From a virus (taxonomy: Duplodnaviria > Caudoviricetes), in IMG/VR virus record IMGVR_UViG_3300031759_000032, positions 1 to 54,690 of that record: a DNA stretch of 54,690 bases, one strand, 5' to 3'. The position numbers and the translations under genes are program-made. Under the pieces are notes generated by a model. It was given only the letters and a program-made list of their open reading frames with translations, was not told the origin of the DNA and ran no database searches. Shown here piece after piece: positions 9,439 through 18,421 of this stretch (position 1 is its first letter; every line of letters starts with the position of its first letter).

Positions 9439-9602
9439 TCTAAATCATCTGCGGCTAGGCCGTGAAAATCACAATGTGATTCGTACAAGGTATCGGCAAG
9501 CCATTCGTCCTCAGTAGGCTCAGAGACATAGGATGAGCATAGTTCACAATATACAGCCCAGCGGATAGGGTCTAAATCCACAGCAACTACATCAACCGAC
9601 AT
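9435..9602 (-). CDS. small CxxC/H protein
   Basis: Likely start ATG at 9602 behind a GAGG RBS (MSVDVV..CELC..HCDFH). Confidence 0.55.
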   Translation of the reverse strand: MSVDVVAVDLDPIRWAVYCELCSSYVSEPTEDEWLADTLYESHCDFHGLAADDLE

Positions 9603-9652
9603 TGGGACCTCTTTATCCTGATTTATGTGCGTAAGCACGAGAGAATATTACC

Positions 9653-10195
9653 ATGAGCGAAGATATGTCTTGGGTCAAGAACGCCCCGTCAGCCCCGTCT
9701 AAAGAAGACACTAGGCTTTTAGCCAGTCGTCCACAGGAGGCGCAAGACTTTATTGATAGCACCAAGAACTATGGCGGCGCGTCTATGAACCTTCAGTCTA
9801 TGAAGATGGCACAACCTGGGGACAAAATGTATATCGTTGGTAAAGAGCCCTCTAAACATACAGGTCGCCCAGTAGACACTGCCTATGAAAATCCAGGTCA
9901 ATCCACGTTAACTCCTCGCCAGTTTGCATCTCATTTTAATCGTTTAAAGGGAGAGACGAGTAACCCTAGCGCCATGATGGGCAGCTGGTACGATAAGAAA
10001 AATAAGGCATCTAAAGCCAAAGGAACTCAAATTGATTTATCAGTAGGCTATAAATATAAGAAGCCAGCTGAAAAGAAAATGATTGAACGCAATGAAGACG
10101 CAGCGTTCAGCATGGGCAACATGCGCGAAATCCGTAACGAAGCCGCTCGTAAACGCCACGGCATTACAGAGCCCCGTCCCCCAAAAAATAATTAA
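9653..10195 (+). CDS. hypothetical basic protein
   Basis: 180-aa ORF; leaderless-type start (GAGAAT-N6-ATG); coupled to the next gene. Confidence 0.65.
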   Translation: MSEDMSWVKNAPSAPSKEDTRLLASRPQEAQDFIDSTKNYGGASMNLQSMKMAQPGDKMYIVGKEPSKHTGRPVDTAYENPGQSTLTPRQFASHFNRLKGETSNPSAMMGSWYDKKNKASKAKGTQIDLSVGYKYKKPAEKKMIERNEDAAFSMGNMREIRNEAARKRHGITEPRPPKNN

Positions 10196-10719
10196 TGAGC
10201 AAGCCGTATACACCTGGCGGAAGATTCAACTCCGATTTTGAACGCGGTTCTATCTTCCAAGGCATAGATGCTGACCTGAAGAACCCTGTAGGAACAGCGG
10301 CTCAGTGGTATATCTTTGACGCGGTTAACTCTGTTAAAGACCCAATTTACGATGTAGGAGACGACCCAAGCTACGGAGTTGGTGGAAAAGTATGGACTGG
10401 GCCGTTCACTATCCCAGTTATCAGAGCTGTGATTGAACAAGGTAGCTCCAAGACATCCACAGCTGGTTTCTACAACGCCGATACTCTGCATCTAACTCTC
10501 AACTCTAATGATATTGAATTTATCGCCCCAGGCACCATGTTGAGCCCAGACTTCCAAGACCGCAGCCGAGTTATCTGGAAAAACGAAGTGTTTCGTCCAG
10601 TAAGTGCCCAGCAACGGGGTATTATTTCTGAGACGTTTGTTCTACTAACCCTAGACCTTGTTCAGGTTATGCCTGAAGAAATGGTCAACGACCCTCAGTT
10701 CAGCGCCTACGCCAACTAG
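10195..10719 (+). CDS. putative head-closure/neck protein
   Basis: 'DPIYDVG', 'GFYNADTL', 'DR..W.NEVF'; position upstream of the tail genes. Confidence 0.55.
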   Translation: MSKPYTPGGRFNSDFERGSIFQGIDADLKNPVGTAAQWYIFDAVNSVKDPIYDVGDDPSYGVGGKVWTGPFTIPVIRAVIEQGSSKTSTAGFYNADTLHLTLNSNDIEFIAPGTMLSPDFQDRSRVIWKNEVFRPVSAQQRGIISETFVLLTLDLVQVMPEEMVNDPQFSAYAN

Positions 10720-10727
10720 GAGAAGCA

Positions 10728-10874
10728 ATGCCATTCAAATCTAAAGCCCAGGAAAAGTGGATGTGGGCTACCCATCCCCGCATGGCTGGTCAGTGGGAAG
10801 AACATACCCCAAAGGATAAGCCCCTTCCTGATAAACTAAAGTCAACAGCCCGCTCTAAATCAAAGGATAAGTAA
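10728..10874 (+). CDS. 48-aa basic protein (MPFKSKAQ type; not in ORF track)
   Basis: MPFKSKAQEKWMWATHPRMAGQWEEHTPKDKPLP...; AGGAG RBS; TAATG coupling. Confidence 0.75.
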   Translation: MPFKSKAQEKWMWATHPRMAGQWEEHTPKDKPLPDKLKSTARSKSKDK

Positions 10875-11158
10875 TGACACTATCAGCTGCATCATCCCCT
10901 TATACAGTGGGCACAACCGCTGTTCAGGTATCTCCATCTACTGGAGCTACCAATGGATATACCCTTGTTGTTCAAAATAACCATGCCAGCAACATCCTCT
11001 ATGTAGGAACGTCTAACACTGTCACTTCATCTGCTTACGGTATTCAACTAGGTACAGGCGCCAGCCTTTCTCTAGATGACTTGACGCCAACTGACCAAGT
11101 GTGGGTTATTGCCAGCGCGGCTTCCACCCCAGTTGGAGTTATGGCAATCCTACGATGA
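10874..11158 (+). CDS. small beta-rich virion protein
   Basis: 'VQNN..NILYVG..YGIQL' beta-sandwich-like pattern. Confidence 0.6.
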   Translation: MTLSAASSPYTVGTTAVQVSPSTGATNGYTLVVQNNHASNILYVGTSNTVTSSAYGIQLGTGASLSLDDLTPTDQVWVIASAASTPVGVMAILR

Positions 11159-11232
11159 GCATTCGCGTAGCCCGTAAAGGCGAGCCTATCGGAACAAGTA
11201 AGAAATCTACCCCCAAAGTGAAAGGTAAGTAA
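11155..11232 (+). CDS. 25-aa Lys-rich peptide (not in ORF track)
   Basis: MSIRVARKGEPIGTSKKSTPKVKGK; ATGA overlap with the previous gene. Confidence 0.5.
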   Translation: MSIRVARKGEPIGTSKKSTPKVKGK

Positions 11233-11234
11233 CC

Positions 11235-11426
11235 ATGTGCGCTACATGCGGATGCCGCGACAAGGCAAAAGATAAGAAGCAAGATGCCAAGCTTATGAAA
11301 GGCATGACCCCAAAGCAGAAGTCAGCTTTTGAAAAGGCTGACAAGAAGATGGATAAGAAGAAGCCATCTGCTAAGGAAGATGCCAAGATGGACAAGGCGT
11401 TGGCAAAGAAGGTCAAAAAGAAGTAA
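11235..11426 (+). CDS. Lys-rich small protein with N-terminal CxxCGC
   Basis: MCATCGC followed by a K/D-rich helix. Confidence 0.7.
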   Translation: MCATCGCRDKAKDKKQDAKLMKGMTPKQKSAFEKADKKMDKKKPSAKEDAKMDKALAKKVKKK

Positions 11427-11432
11427 GCACTT

Positions 11433-11459
11433 AGCGCCCGCAAGGGCGCTTTTTGCTTT
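11433..11459 (+). terminator. intrinsic terminator
   Basis: AGCGCCC-GCAA-GGGCGCT hairpin followed by TTTTGCTTT. Confidence 0.85.
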
Positions 11460-11536
11460 ATTCTTATAGTAGTTCCCGTGCGGGGACTAAGCACTACCTT
11501 GCGATTTACTCTTGCTGCTCTCTTAGGAGATTACCC

Positions 11537-11689
11537 ATGTCTGACCGTATTGACCGAGCCTCTGATGCTGAATTCATTAAGGCTATCGTCGAGAACGTCC
11601 CTCAACAGGCAACCAAGAATGAAACTAACGCATGGGGTGCAGCATTTGTAGCAGCAACGGCAGTGAAGCATGCACTCAAGAAGCGCTGA
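11537..11689 (+). CDS. hypothetical 50-aa protein
   Basis: AGGAG RBS before ATG at 11537, rather than the TTG at 11453. Confidence 0.6.
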   Translation: MSDRIDRASDAEFIKAIVENVPQQATKNETNAWGAAFVAATAVKHALKKR

Positions 11690-12008
11690 ATTTAATGCGC
11701 TAGCCAAGCGCACATCCTTTGAGCTAGTAAGACCCCTTGATGCTCTCCTTCAGTCTTTAGCTATTAAATCTGGCTGGCCTGAAGATATCGTATTTAAATT
11801 GAATGTAATTGTAGACTCTGATGAAACTATTAGAGTCCATTACCCAGACGATATCAAGCAAGAGGTTGAAGACCTTGAATACGGACGCCCAGGTGAAACC
11901 CCTAACGCGGCAATACGCCCATTCCTTTTACGTGCCCCTGAGCTCATCCAAAATATTTTAGAAGAAAAAGCTCTAGCCCCACTAATAGATTTGATGGGAG
12001 TACTCTAA
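11670..12008 (+). CDS. putative neck/tail-completion protein
   Basis: 'LEYG.....P.A.IRPF' resembles HK97 gp10-like proteins; synteny. Confidence 0.5.
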   Translation: MHSRSAEFNALAKRTSFELVRPLDALLQSLAIKSGWPEDIVFKLNVIVDSDETIRVHYPDDIKQEVEDLEYGRPGETPNAAIRPFLLRAPELIQNILEEKALAPLIDLMGVL

Positions 12009-12643
12009 TGGGAAATCCATTTATTGTTGCTGAAGACTTGGCTCTAAAGACCTGGTTGTCTGGCATTACGGTATCTGATGATAAAAACGCCAGTCGCCCT
12101 GTTAAAACTTGGTTTGGTTACCCAGACGTGGAAGTCCAAGACCAGGTGTTTCCTTTTATCACCCTTGACCTAATTGATATCAACGCGGGCAATGACAGGC
12201 AGAGCTCAGGTCTATTGACGGATACTGATTACCAAGGAACCATCGCTGCCCAATCTAATATTGAATATCAATACCAGATTCCTGTGGCGTACGACCTTGT
12301 GTATCAAATTACGTCCTATTCTCGTCACCCGCGCCATGACCGCGCCATTATGTTTCAGCTGCTAAATAAGTTTCCATCAAAGTACGGACACCTTGAGGTA
12401 CCTAATCAACTAGGAACTTTTACGGTAAGTCGTTCTATGTTCCTTGATGGATTTGTAAAGCGAGACGCCGTTGAAGGTGAAACTGGAAACCGCCGCTTGC
12501 TTAGAAACGTTTTGACAGTCCGAGTAACTAGTCAGATGTCGCCTTTGGCGGCAGATGCGGTTGCCTCAGAGATTGTTCAATCTGTAACAATCAATGACAC
12601 TACTACGTACATTCCGTCTGGCTACTATCCCGTTAAAAACTGA
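12008..12643 (+). CDS. tail terminator / Pvc16-like protein
   Basis: Immediately upstream of the sheath; 'P.AYDL.YQIT.Y...HD.....LL' pattern. Confidence 0.6.
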   Translation: MGNPFIVAEDLALKTWLSGITVSDDKNASRPVKTWFGYPDVEVQDQVFPFITLDLIDINAGNDRQSSGLLTDTDYQGTIAAQSNIEYQYQIPVAYDLVYQITSYSRHPRHDRAIMFQLLNKFPSKYGHLEVPNQLGTFTVSRSMFLDGFVKRDAVEGETGNRRLLRNVLTVRVTSQMSPLAADAVASEIVQSVTINDTTTYIPSGYYPVKN

Positions 12644-12674
12644 CAACAACGATAATCAATAAGGAGATACATTA

Positions 12675-14453
12675 ATGGCCGTTTATACACGCCCTGGGGT
12701 GTACGTTCAAGAAACGCTAAACCCTAATGCGCCAACACCTGGCGTAGCTTCACTCTCAATCGCAGCCTTTATCGGCACCAGCGACCGCGGACCAACTTCC
12801 GCAGCAACCTTGGTAACCTCTTGGAGCCAATACGTAAGCAAGTTTGGCGGATGGAATACCATCTCGAACAACAACTTGCCTATCGCTGTATACCTCTTCT
12901 TCGCTAACGGCGGAACTCAGGCGTACATCACACGCGTACTTGGTAACACAACCTCTGCAGTTGTTACAGCCGCATCTTGGACATCTGCTTCAAGCGGTAC
13001 TGTAACTTACACAGCTAACAACACCTTTACCTCTGGTCAAACAGTTACGGTTACAGGTTTGGCTAACTCTGCGTGGAACGTATCTGGCGCTACTATCGCA
13101 ACAGCGACATCCACATACTTCACAGTTACAGGTATTGCTACAGCAACTAACCTTACTGGAGTTACAGCAACGGCTACTGCTATTACTGGATACCCAACAG
13201 TAGCAACTCGTACACTCAGCGACCGCGCAGGTAGCCCTCTTCAAACCCTTACGATTGCCTCTAATAACTCAGGTACTTGGGGAAATAACCTCTATATTGC
13301 TATCCAAGACAGCCTCTCAACAGGTTACTTTAACGTAATCGTATACCTAGGCGGAACTACCTCGGGATACATTGTTGAGCAATGGACTGACGTAACCATG
13401 AAGTCTACGGATGCACGTTATGCTGTAACCGTCATCAACCAGAACTCTGCGTACATTACAGCTACAGACTTGCTCTCTATCTCTGGAAGCCCAACCAGCA
13501 ACCCAGCGGTTACAGGAACAAATACCAATCTAGTCCCAGTAGTTCTCAGCGGAGGTAGCGACAACAACAACGTATCTTCTGCTAACATCTCAAGCGCGCT
13601 TAGCTTGTTTGACACTATTGCCTCTACTCTAATCCTAAATATCCCAGGATTTACAGACGCAACAACAGTCAACCTAGCTCTGGCCTACGCTACAGGTTCT
13701 ACTCGTTCTAACGACGTCTTTGTAATCATTGATGGAATCAACGACACCGCCACCAACCAGCTGGCTCTTGCGGCAACTTACAGCGCAACATCCTCTGGAG
13801 CGGTTTACTACCCACAAATTACAATCTCTGACCCAACAGCCGCAGTTGGTTCACCTACAGGTGCAACTAAGACTGTCGGAGCGGGTGGAGCTGTCGCAGG
13901 TCTTTTTGCCCGCACAGACGCTTCTCGTGGAGTATTCAAGGCTCCAGCTGGTCTTCAAGCTCGTCTGTCTAACGTAGTTTCTGTACCATCACTCAGTACC
14001 ACTGACCTTGGTAACCTTAACAACGGAACTGTGCCTGTCAATGCAATTCGCTACATCACAGGTTCAGGCTTTGTAGTTATGGGTGCTCGTACCCTAAAGC
14101 AGGGATATGTAGACAAGTACGTACCCGTTCGTCGAACCCTAACTTACTTGGAAAAATCTTTATCTGACTTGACGCAGTTCGCTATCTTTGAGCCTAATAC
14201 CCAAGTTCTTTGGAACCGAATTAACTCTGTAGTCGGAAACTTCCTAAATCAGTTCTGGGGTCAAGGCGGTCTATATGGAAATACCCCATCAGCCGCTTTC
14301 TTCGTAAAGTGTGACTCAGACACTAACCCACAGTCATCTATTGATAACGGGTTTGTTAATATTCAAGTTGGAGTCTCTTTGCAGCGTCCAGCTGAATTCA
14401 TCATCATCAATATCGGTCAGTTCAACGGTGGAACCACCGTTACTACGGCGTAA
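12675..14453 (+). CDS. contractile tail sheath protein
   Basis: 'PGVYVQE', 'FFANGG', 'RGVFKAPAG', 'GARTL', 'YVPVRR', 'FEPN', 'PAEFI'. Confidence 0.97.
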   Translation: MAVYTRPGVYVQETLNPNAPTPGVASLSIAAFIGTSDRGPTSAATLVTSWSQYVSKFGGWNTISNNNLPIAVYLFFANGGTQAYITRVLGNTTSAVVTAASWTSASSGTVTYTANNTFTSGQTVTVTGLANSAWNVSGATIATATSTYFTVTGIATATNLTGVTATATAITGYPTVATRTLSDRAGSPLQTLTIASNNSGTWGNNLYIAIQDSLSTGYFNVIVYLGGTTSGYIVEQWTDVTMKSTDARYAVTVINQNSAYITATDLLSISGSPTSNPAVTGTNTNLVPVVLSGGSDNNNVSSANISSALSLFDTIASTLILNIPGFTDATTVNLALAYATGSTRSNDVFVIIDGINDTATNQLALAATYSATSSGAVYYPQITISDPTAAVGSPTGATKTVGAGGAVAGLFARTDASRGVFKAPAGLQARLSNVVSVPSLSTTDLGNLNNGTVPVNAIRYITGSGFVVMGARTLKQGYVDKYVPVRRTLTYLEKSLSDLTQFAIFEPNTQVLWNRINSVVGNFLNQFWGQGGLYGNTPSAAFFVKCDSDTNPQSSIDNGFVNIQVGVSLQRPAEFIIINIGQFNGGTTVTTA

Positions 14454-14467
14454 GGGAGATATAACTA

Positions 14468-15109
14468 ATGCCAACAAATACTAACTTCAACTCAACCCTA
14501 GCGACTGACCCTTTACGCGGTTTTAGGTTCACCGCTACGTTTACTGCGGCAGGGGCTGACGCAACATTCAACACTAAAATCACTACAGGTTTTACTGGAG
14601 GATTCAGCTCAATCTCTGGTTTGTCTATTAATACCCAAGCTATCCAGTACCGCGAAGGTGGAATGAACACCACAGTTCACCAGATTCCTGGTATGACTAC
14701 ATTCAACCCAATTAGCTTTAGCCGTGGAGTAATCCTAGGCAATGACCAAGCTATGGTGTGGATGCGCGGGCTGTTCTCAGCTGGAACTGGCGCAGGCCTT
14801 CCTGCGGGATATAACCCAGTTACTAACCCAAACCCAGGCGCTACTGCGGCGGGCGCAACAGGAAACTTCCGTACGGACATAATCATTAATGTCAATCAGC
14901 ACCCAAATACAAGCACTACTGTGGATTACCCACAAATGGCTTTTAAAGTGCATAACGCATGGATTACTGGCCTTAACTACACAGACCTGGATGCGACCAA
15001 TGGTGCGATTCTGTTTGAAACAATGCAGCTTGTCCATGAGGGCATCTCTGTATTCTTTACAAATACTACGGGAAGTCCTTCAGACGGTAAAAACACAAGC
15101 GACTACTAA
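14468..15109 (+). CDS. tail tube protein (T4 gp19/Afp1-like)
   Basis: 'DPLRGFRF', 'YREGG', 'PG.T.F..I...RG', 'NAW', 'E...LVHEG'. Confidence 0.93.
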   Translation: MPTNTNFNSTLATDPLRGFRFTATFTAAGADATFNTKITTGFTGGFSSISGLSINTQAIQYREGGMNTTVHQIPGMTTFNPISFSRGVILGNDQAMVWMRGLFSAGTGAGLPAGYNPVTNPNPGATAAGATGNFRTDIIINVNQHPNTSTTVDYPQMAFKVHNAWITGLNYTDLDATNGAILFETMQLVHEGISVFFTNTTGSPSDGKNTSDY

Positions 15110-15147
15110 CTGATAAGATTAGCCCATTAACCTAAGGAGAATAATTC

Positions 15148-15951
15148 GTGAGCACAACTGATACACCAGTAGTAGTAACAGACGCTGATTTAATTAATAA
15201 GTATGCAGCTATGGCGACAGAGGAGCCAGAACAGGTCGTAGAGACCCAGGCTCCTCTCGGACCAGAAGTAACTCTTCCTGGAGGATTTATCCTCGACGGG
15301 GCTGTGGTAAACACCGCTGAAGTTCGTGAGTTAAACGGAGTTGATGAAGAGGCTATCGCTAACGCACCAACTACAGGAAAAGCTCTTAATATTCTTCTTC
15401 AAAGAGGTCTGGTAAAGATTGGCGGAAAAGACGTAACTAGAGACGACTTGGATGCGCTTCTTGCGGGAGACCGAGACGCCATTCTTATCGCCATTCGTCG
15501 TGTTACTTTTGGTGGCACTGCAGAATACAGGGTCACATGCGCAGCTTGCGATACAGACCAGAACACCGTAGTAGACCTAGATAAAGATGTTCCTGTTAAA
15601 AAGCTGGAAAATTCTGAGGAACGAACTTGGAATGTAGAAACGAAAAAAGGGTTTGTTACTGTGGGGCTACCTACAGGAATTACTCAAAAGAAGTTGCTTG
15701 AGAACTCAGAAAAAACATCTGCCGAACTCAACACTATTCTACTTTCTGGGTGTGTGCTATCAGTAAACGGTATTCCATCTATGGGAGCCAGCACAGTGCT
15801 AAAGCTTGGTATGGCTGACCGCGCAAACCTTGTAAAAGAAATTATTGAACGTAACCCAGGCCCACGCCTTGGGGAGGTGAAGAAGGCATGCGAGGCATGT
15901 GGTGAGGAGATGAATCTCCCTATCAGCCTCGTTGATTTGTTTCGTATATAG
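15148..15951 (+). CDS. tail assembly chaperone / T4 gp26-like protein
   Basis: 'RELNG.DEE', 'GDRDAIL.AIR..TFG', two CxxC motifs; lies between tube and tape measure genes. Confidence 0.8.
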   Translation: MSTTDTPVVVTDADLINKYAAMATEEPEQVVETQAPLGPEVTLPGGFILDGAVVNTAEVRELNGVDEEAIANAPTTGKALNILLQRGLVKIGGKDVTRDDLDALLAGDRDAILIAIRRVTFGGTAEYRVTCAACDTDQNTVVDLDKDVPVKKLENSEERTWNVETKKGFVTVGLPTGITQKKLLENSEKTSAELNTILLSGCVLSVNGIPSMGASTVLKLGMADRANLVKEIIERNPGPRLGEVKKACEACGEEMNLPISLVDLFRI

Positions 15952-16093
15952 AAAAGAAGATTACGAACTTTTATTAGATGAGTACGAGTTTCTAACAAGA
16001 AACTTTACAGGTTGGACTCTCTCGGACATACGGGGATTATCCGTGCGAGAGAGGCGCAACTGGATAGAACGAGCGAAACGAAATAGGAGGTAG
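15941..16093 (+). CDS. +1-frame extension of the tail chaperone (gpT-like)
   Basis: Open +1 frame FVYRKEDYELLLDEYEFLTRNFTGWTLSDIRGLSVRERRNWIERAKRNRR with no ATG; the 'GW...I..L...R..W' pattern is typical of frameshifted chaperone tails. Confidence 0.7.
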   Translation, partial: FVYRKEDYELLLDEYEFLTRNFTGWTLSDIRGLSVRERRNWIERAKRNRR

Positions 16094-16095
16094 TC

Positions 16096-18417
16096 ATGGA
16101 AGATGACGTCAAGCTGGCCTTTGGCCTTGGCGGCAAGATGGGTACAGCCGTCACTAACATTAAGAACGACCTCCTAAGCTTAGCTAGCATTATCGAAACA
16201 ACGCTTCTACCTAAGATTGATAAGATGGCTAGCCGCCTTGAGTCGGTTAGCAAAGATTTTAGTGGCCTTCTTATTGCTGATAAGTACGGGCGAGTTACGG
16301 GCACCTCAGGGGGTTCAAATAGAGTAGCCCCACCACCTCCTACGGATACTGGTAATAACGGAGCCCCTCCAACTAATAATCAAAGCCCTAAGACACCACA
16401 GGATAACTCCGCTGGTAAGCCTACTAACAATAAGATTGCGGCTGGGGCGCAGGCTGTGCTTGGCGGAATGTACGGGTCTAATCTACTTAGCATGGCCATG
16501 CCAAACGTGCAGACCTCCATCATGCAGGACTACCTCACTAACCGTGTAGCTTTTAATGGGGCTGGGGGGATAACGGGTAGTTTACAAGGTCAAACAAGCC
16601 AAATAAATGCTTTGCAACGCTCTATGGCAAACCAAGGAACAGCCACCAGCAGCATGGACGCAATTAATGCAATTATTGCTCTGCAAAATGCGGGGCTTGG
16701 CGGAGCAAAAAACTTTAAGCAATTAGCGTCGGGTGCCGCAGCCATTTCTAATTTAGAACCTGGCATGGGTCTTGCAGGTGCCGCTCAAGCTCAAGGAGCT
16801 GCTCAAGCCCCTACTACTGTAAATATGCTTCGTTCTATTGGTATCAATATGCGTGACGCTAACGGTAATATGCTCACTACGGGTCAAATGATTGACCAAA
16901 TATGGAACTTTTTAAATAAGAACAACGGTGGCAAGAATATGGATAAGGAATCCATAACCATGTCCTTAGCCCCAGGTTATGGCCTATACAACATGCTTAG
17001 TAGCATGTTTAACGGCGACCCTATGATGATTAAACTTGTAGGAGACGGATTAAAGCTTAAAGCTCAAACAGGTGGGGCTGCTATTGATTCCCTTACCCGT
17101 AATCAAATGAAAACTTTGGGCGGAACCACTGGAACAGTTAATGCGATTGCTAACAAAACAGCTGCTCAAACAGAACTCTTAACCAATACGGCTGCAACTA
17201 CTTCAGCTGGGTATGCGGCGTCTGCTGACTTAGCCGCGGCACTCAATAGATTTGCAGATATGGTCCCACAATTAACTTCGGCTTTGGGCGGATTAAACGG
17301 ATTAATGTCTGGAGTAAAGGGTATAGGGGGCGGAGCACTCACAAGCGTTGCGGGCGCGTACGCCGCTAATAAAGTCGCAAAGAAAGTTGAAAGTACAGGC
17401 TTACTAAAGGGTATTGGAAATCTATTTAGTAAAGGTTTTAACTTTCTTAAAGGTAATATGGTAAGAGCGGGGGAGGACATCGCAAAAGGTGATGTGCCTG
17501 ATTTTGCCGCGGCGGTCATGGAAGACGTAGCTGCGGGTGGCATCGCTGGGTTTGCTGGCGGTACATCTCGTGTACCTGGAACAGGGGATGGGGACATCGT
17601 TCCAGCCATGTTGACCCCAGGCGAAGCTGTTATTAATAAGGACGCTGCTGAGAAGTACCGTCCAATATTATCCGCTATGAACGCAGGAACCCTGCAAATG
17701 CACGCTGCTGGTACTTCTAATGTAGCTAAAGCTGAGTCATATTTATCTAAGATGAACTCTAATAAAGTAAGCGCGGGGGATTTTGCTCAAGCTATGCTCG
17801 TAGGATTAGGGGCGCCAACAGACGCGCAAAACGTCGCCAATCTAAAGCTATGGATGAGCGCTGAAGGTGGTAACTGGCTAAACACTGCGCATTTTAATCC
17901 GTTAAACACAAGCTATGGTTTAAATGGGTCTACTAACTTTAATACTGGAATGGCTGGGGGAGGCGTACAGGCGTACAAGAGTTGGAAAGACGGATTAGAC
18001 GCAACTCTGGGCACTCTTACAGGTCAAAACGCTGGCGCCCGCGGGTATGCGAACCTTGTAAAAATGTTGCAGGGTGGAAAAGCATCTCAATCTGAATGGA
18101 TTACTGCTTTACAGCAGTCTTCTTGGGATAATGGTCACTACTCTAACCTTTCGCATGGGGGCAACTCTAAATATAATCCAAATTCTCCGTACTCAGGCCA
18201 CGGTAGCGGTGGAGCAACGAGCACCAACCCTGCAGTACCTACGCAGGCGCAAATAGCCGCACACGCAGCATCTCTTAATAAAGATGCGACTAATAACCAT
18301 AACTACGGTGGGGTTAGCATCACGATTAATGCGCAAAATCAGTCATCAGATGCACTACTAAGTCAACTACAACAACTATTTGCGGGCTCAGGTATCGTAG
18401 CCCAGATTTCAGGGTGA
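16096..18417 (+). CDS. tape measure protein with C-terminal lysozyme-like domain
   Basis: Ala/Gly/Met-rich helical body; 'D.VPAMLTPGE.VI' motif; 'W.SAEGG..FNPLNT..VQAY.SW' muralytic-like domain. Confidence 0.85.
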   Translation: MEDDVKLAFGLGGKMGTAVTNIKNDLLSLASIIETTLLPKIDKMASRLESVSKDFSGLLIADKYGRVTGTSGGSNRVAPPPPTDTGNNGAPPTNNQSPKTPQDNSAGKPTNNKIAAGAQAVLGGMYGSNLLSMAMPNVQTSIMQDYLTNRVAFNGAGGITGSLQGQTSQINALQRSMANQGTATSSMDAINAIIALQNAGLGGAKNFKQLASGAAAISNLEPGMGLAGAAQAQGAAQAPTTVNMLRSIGINMRDANGNMLTTGQMIDQIWNFLNKNNGGKNMDKESITMSLAPGYGLYNMLSSMFNGDPMMIKLVGDGLKLKAQTGGAAIDSLTRNQMKTLGGTTGTVNAIANKTAAQTELLTNTAATTSAGYAASADLAAALNRFADMVPQLTSALGGLNGLMSGVKGIGGGALTSVAGAYAANKVAKKVESTGLLKGIGNLFSKGFNFLKGNMVRAGEDIAKGDVPDFAAAVMEDVAAGGIAGFAGGTSRVPGTGDGDIVPAMLTPGEAVINKDAAEKYRPILSAMNAGTLQMHAAGTSNVAKAESYLSKMNSNKVSAGDFAQAMLVGLGAPTDAQNVANLKLWMSAEGGNWLNTAHFNPLNTSYGLNGSTNFNTGMAGGGVQAYKSWKDGLDATLGTLTGQNAGARGYANLVKMLQGGKASQSEWITALQQSSWDNGHYSNLSHGGNSKYNPNSPYSGHGSGGATSTNPAVPTQAQIAAHAASLNKDATNNHNYGGVSITINAQNQSSDALLSQLQQLFAGSGIVAQISG

Positions 18418-18421
18418 GTAA

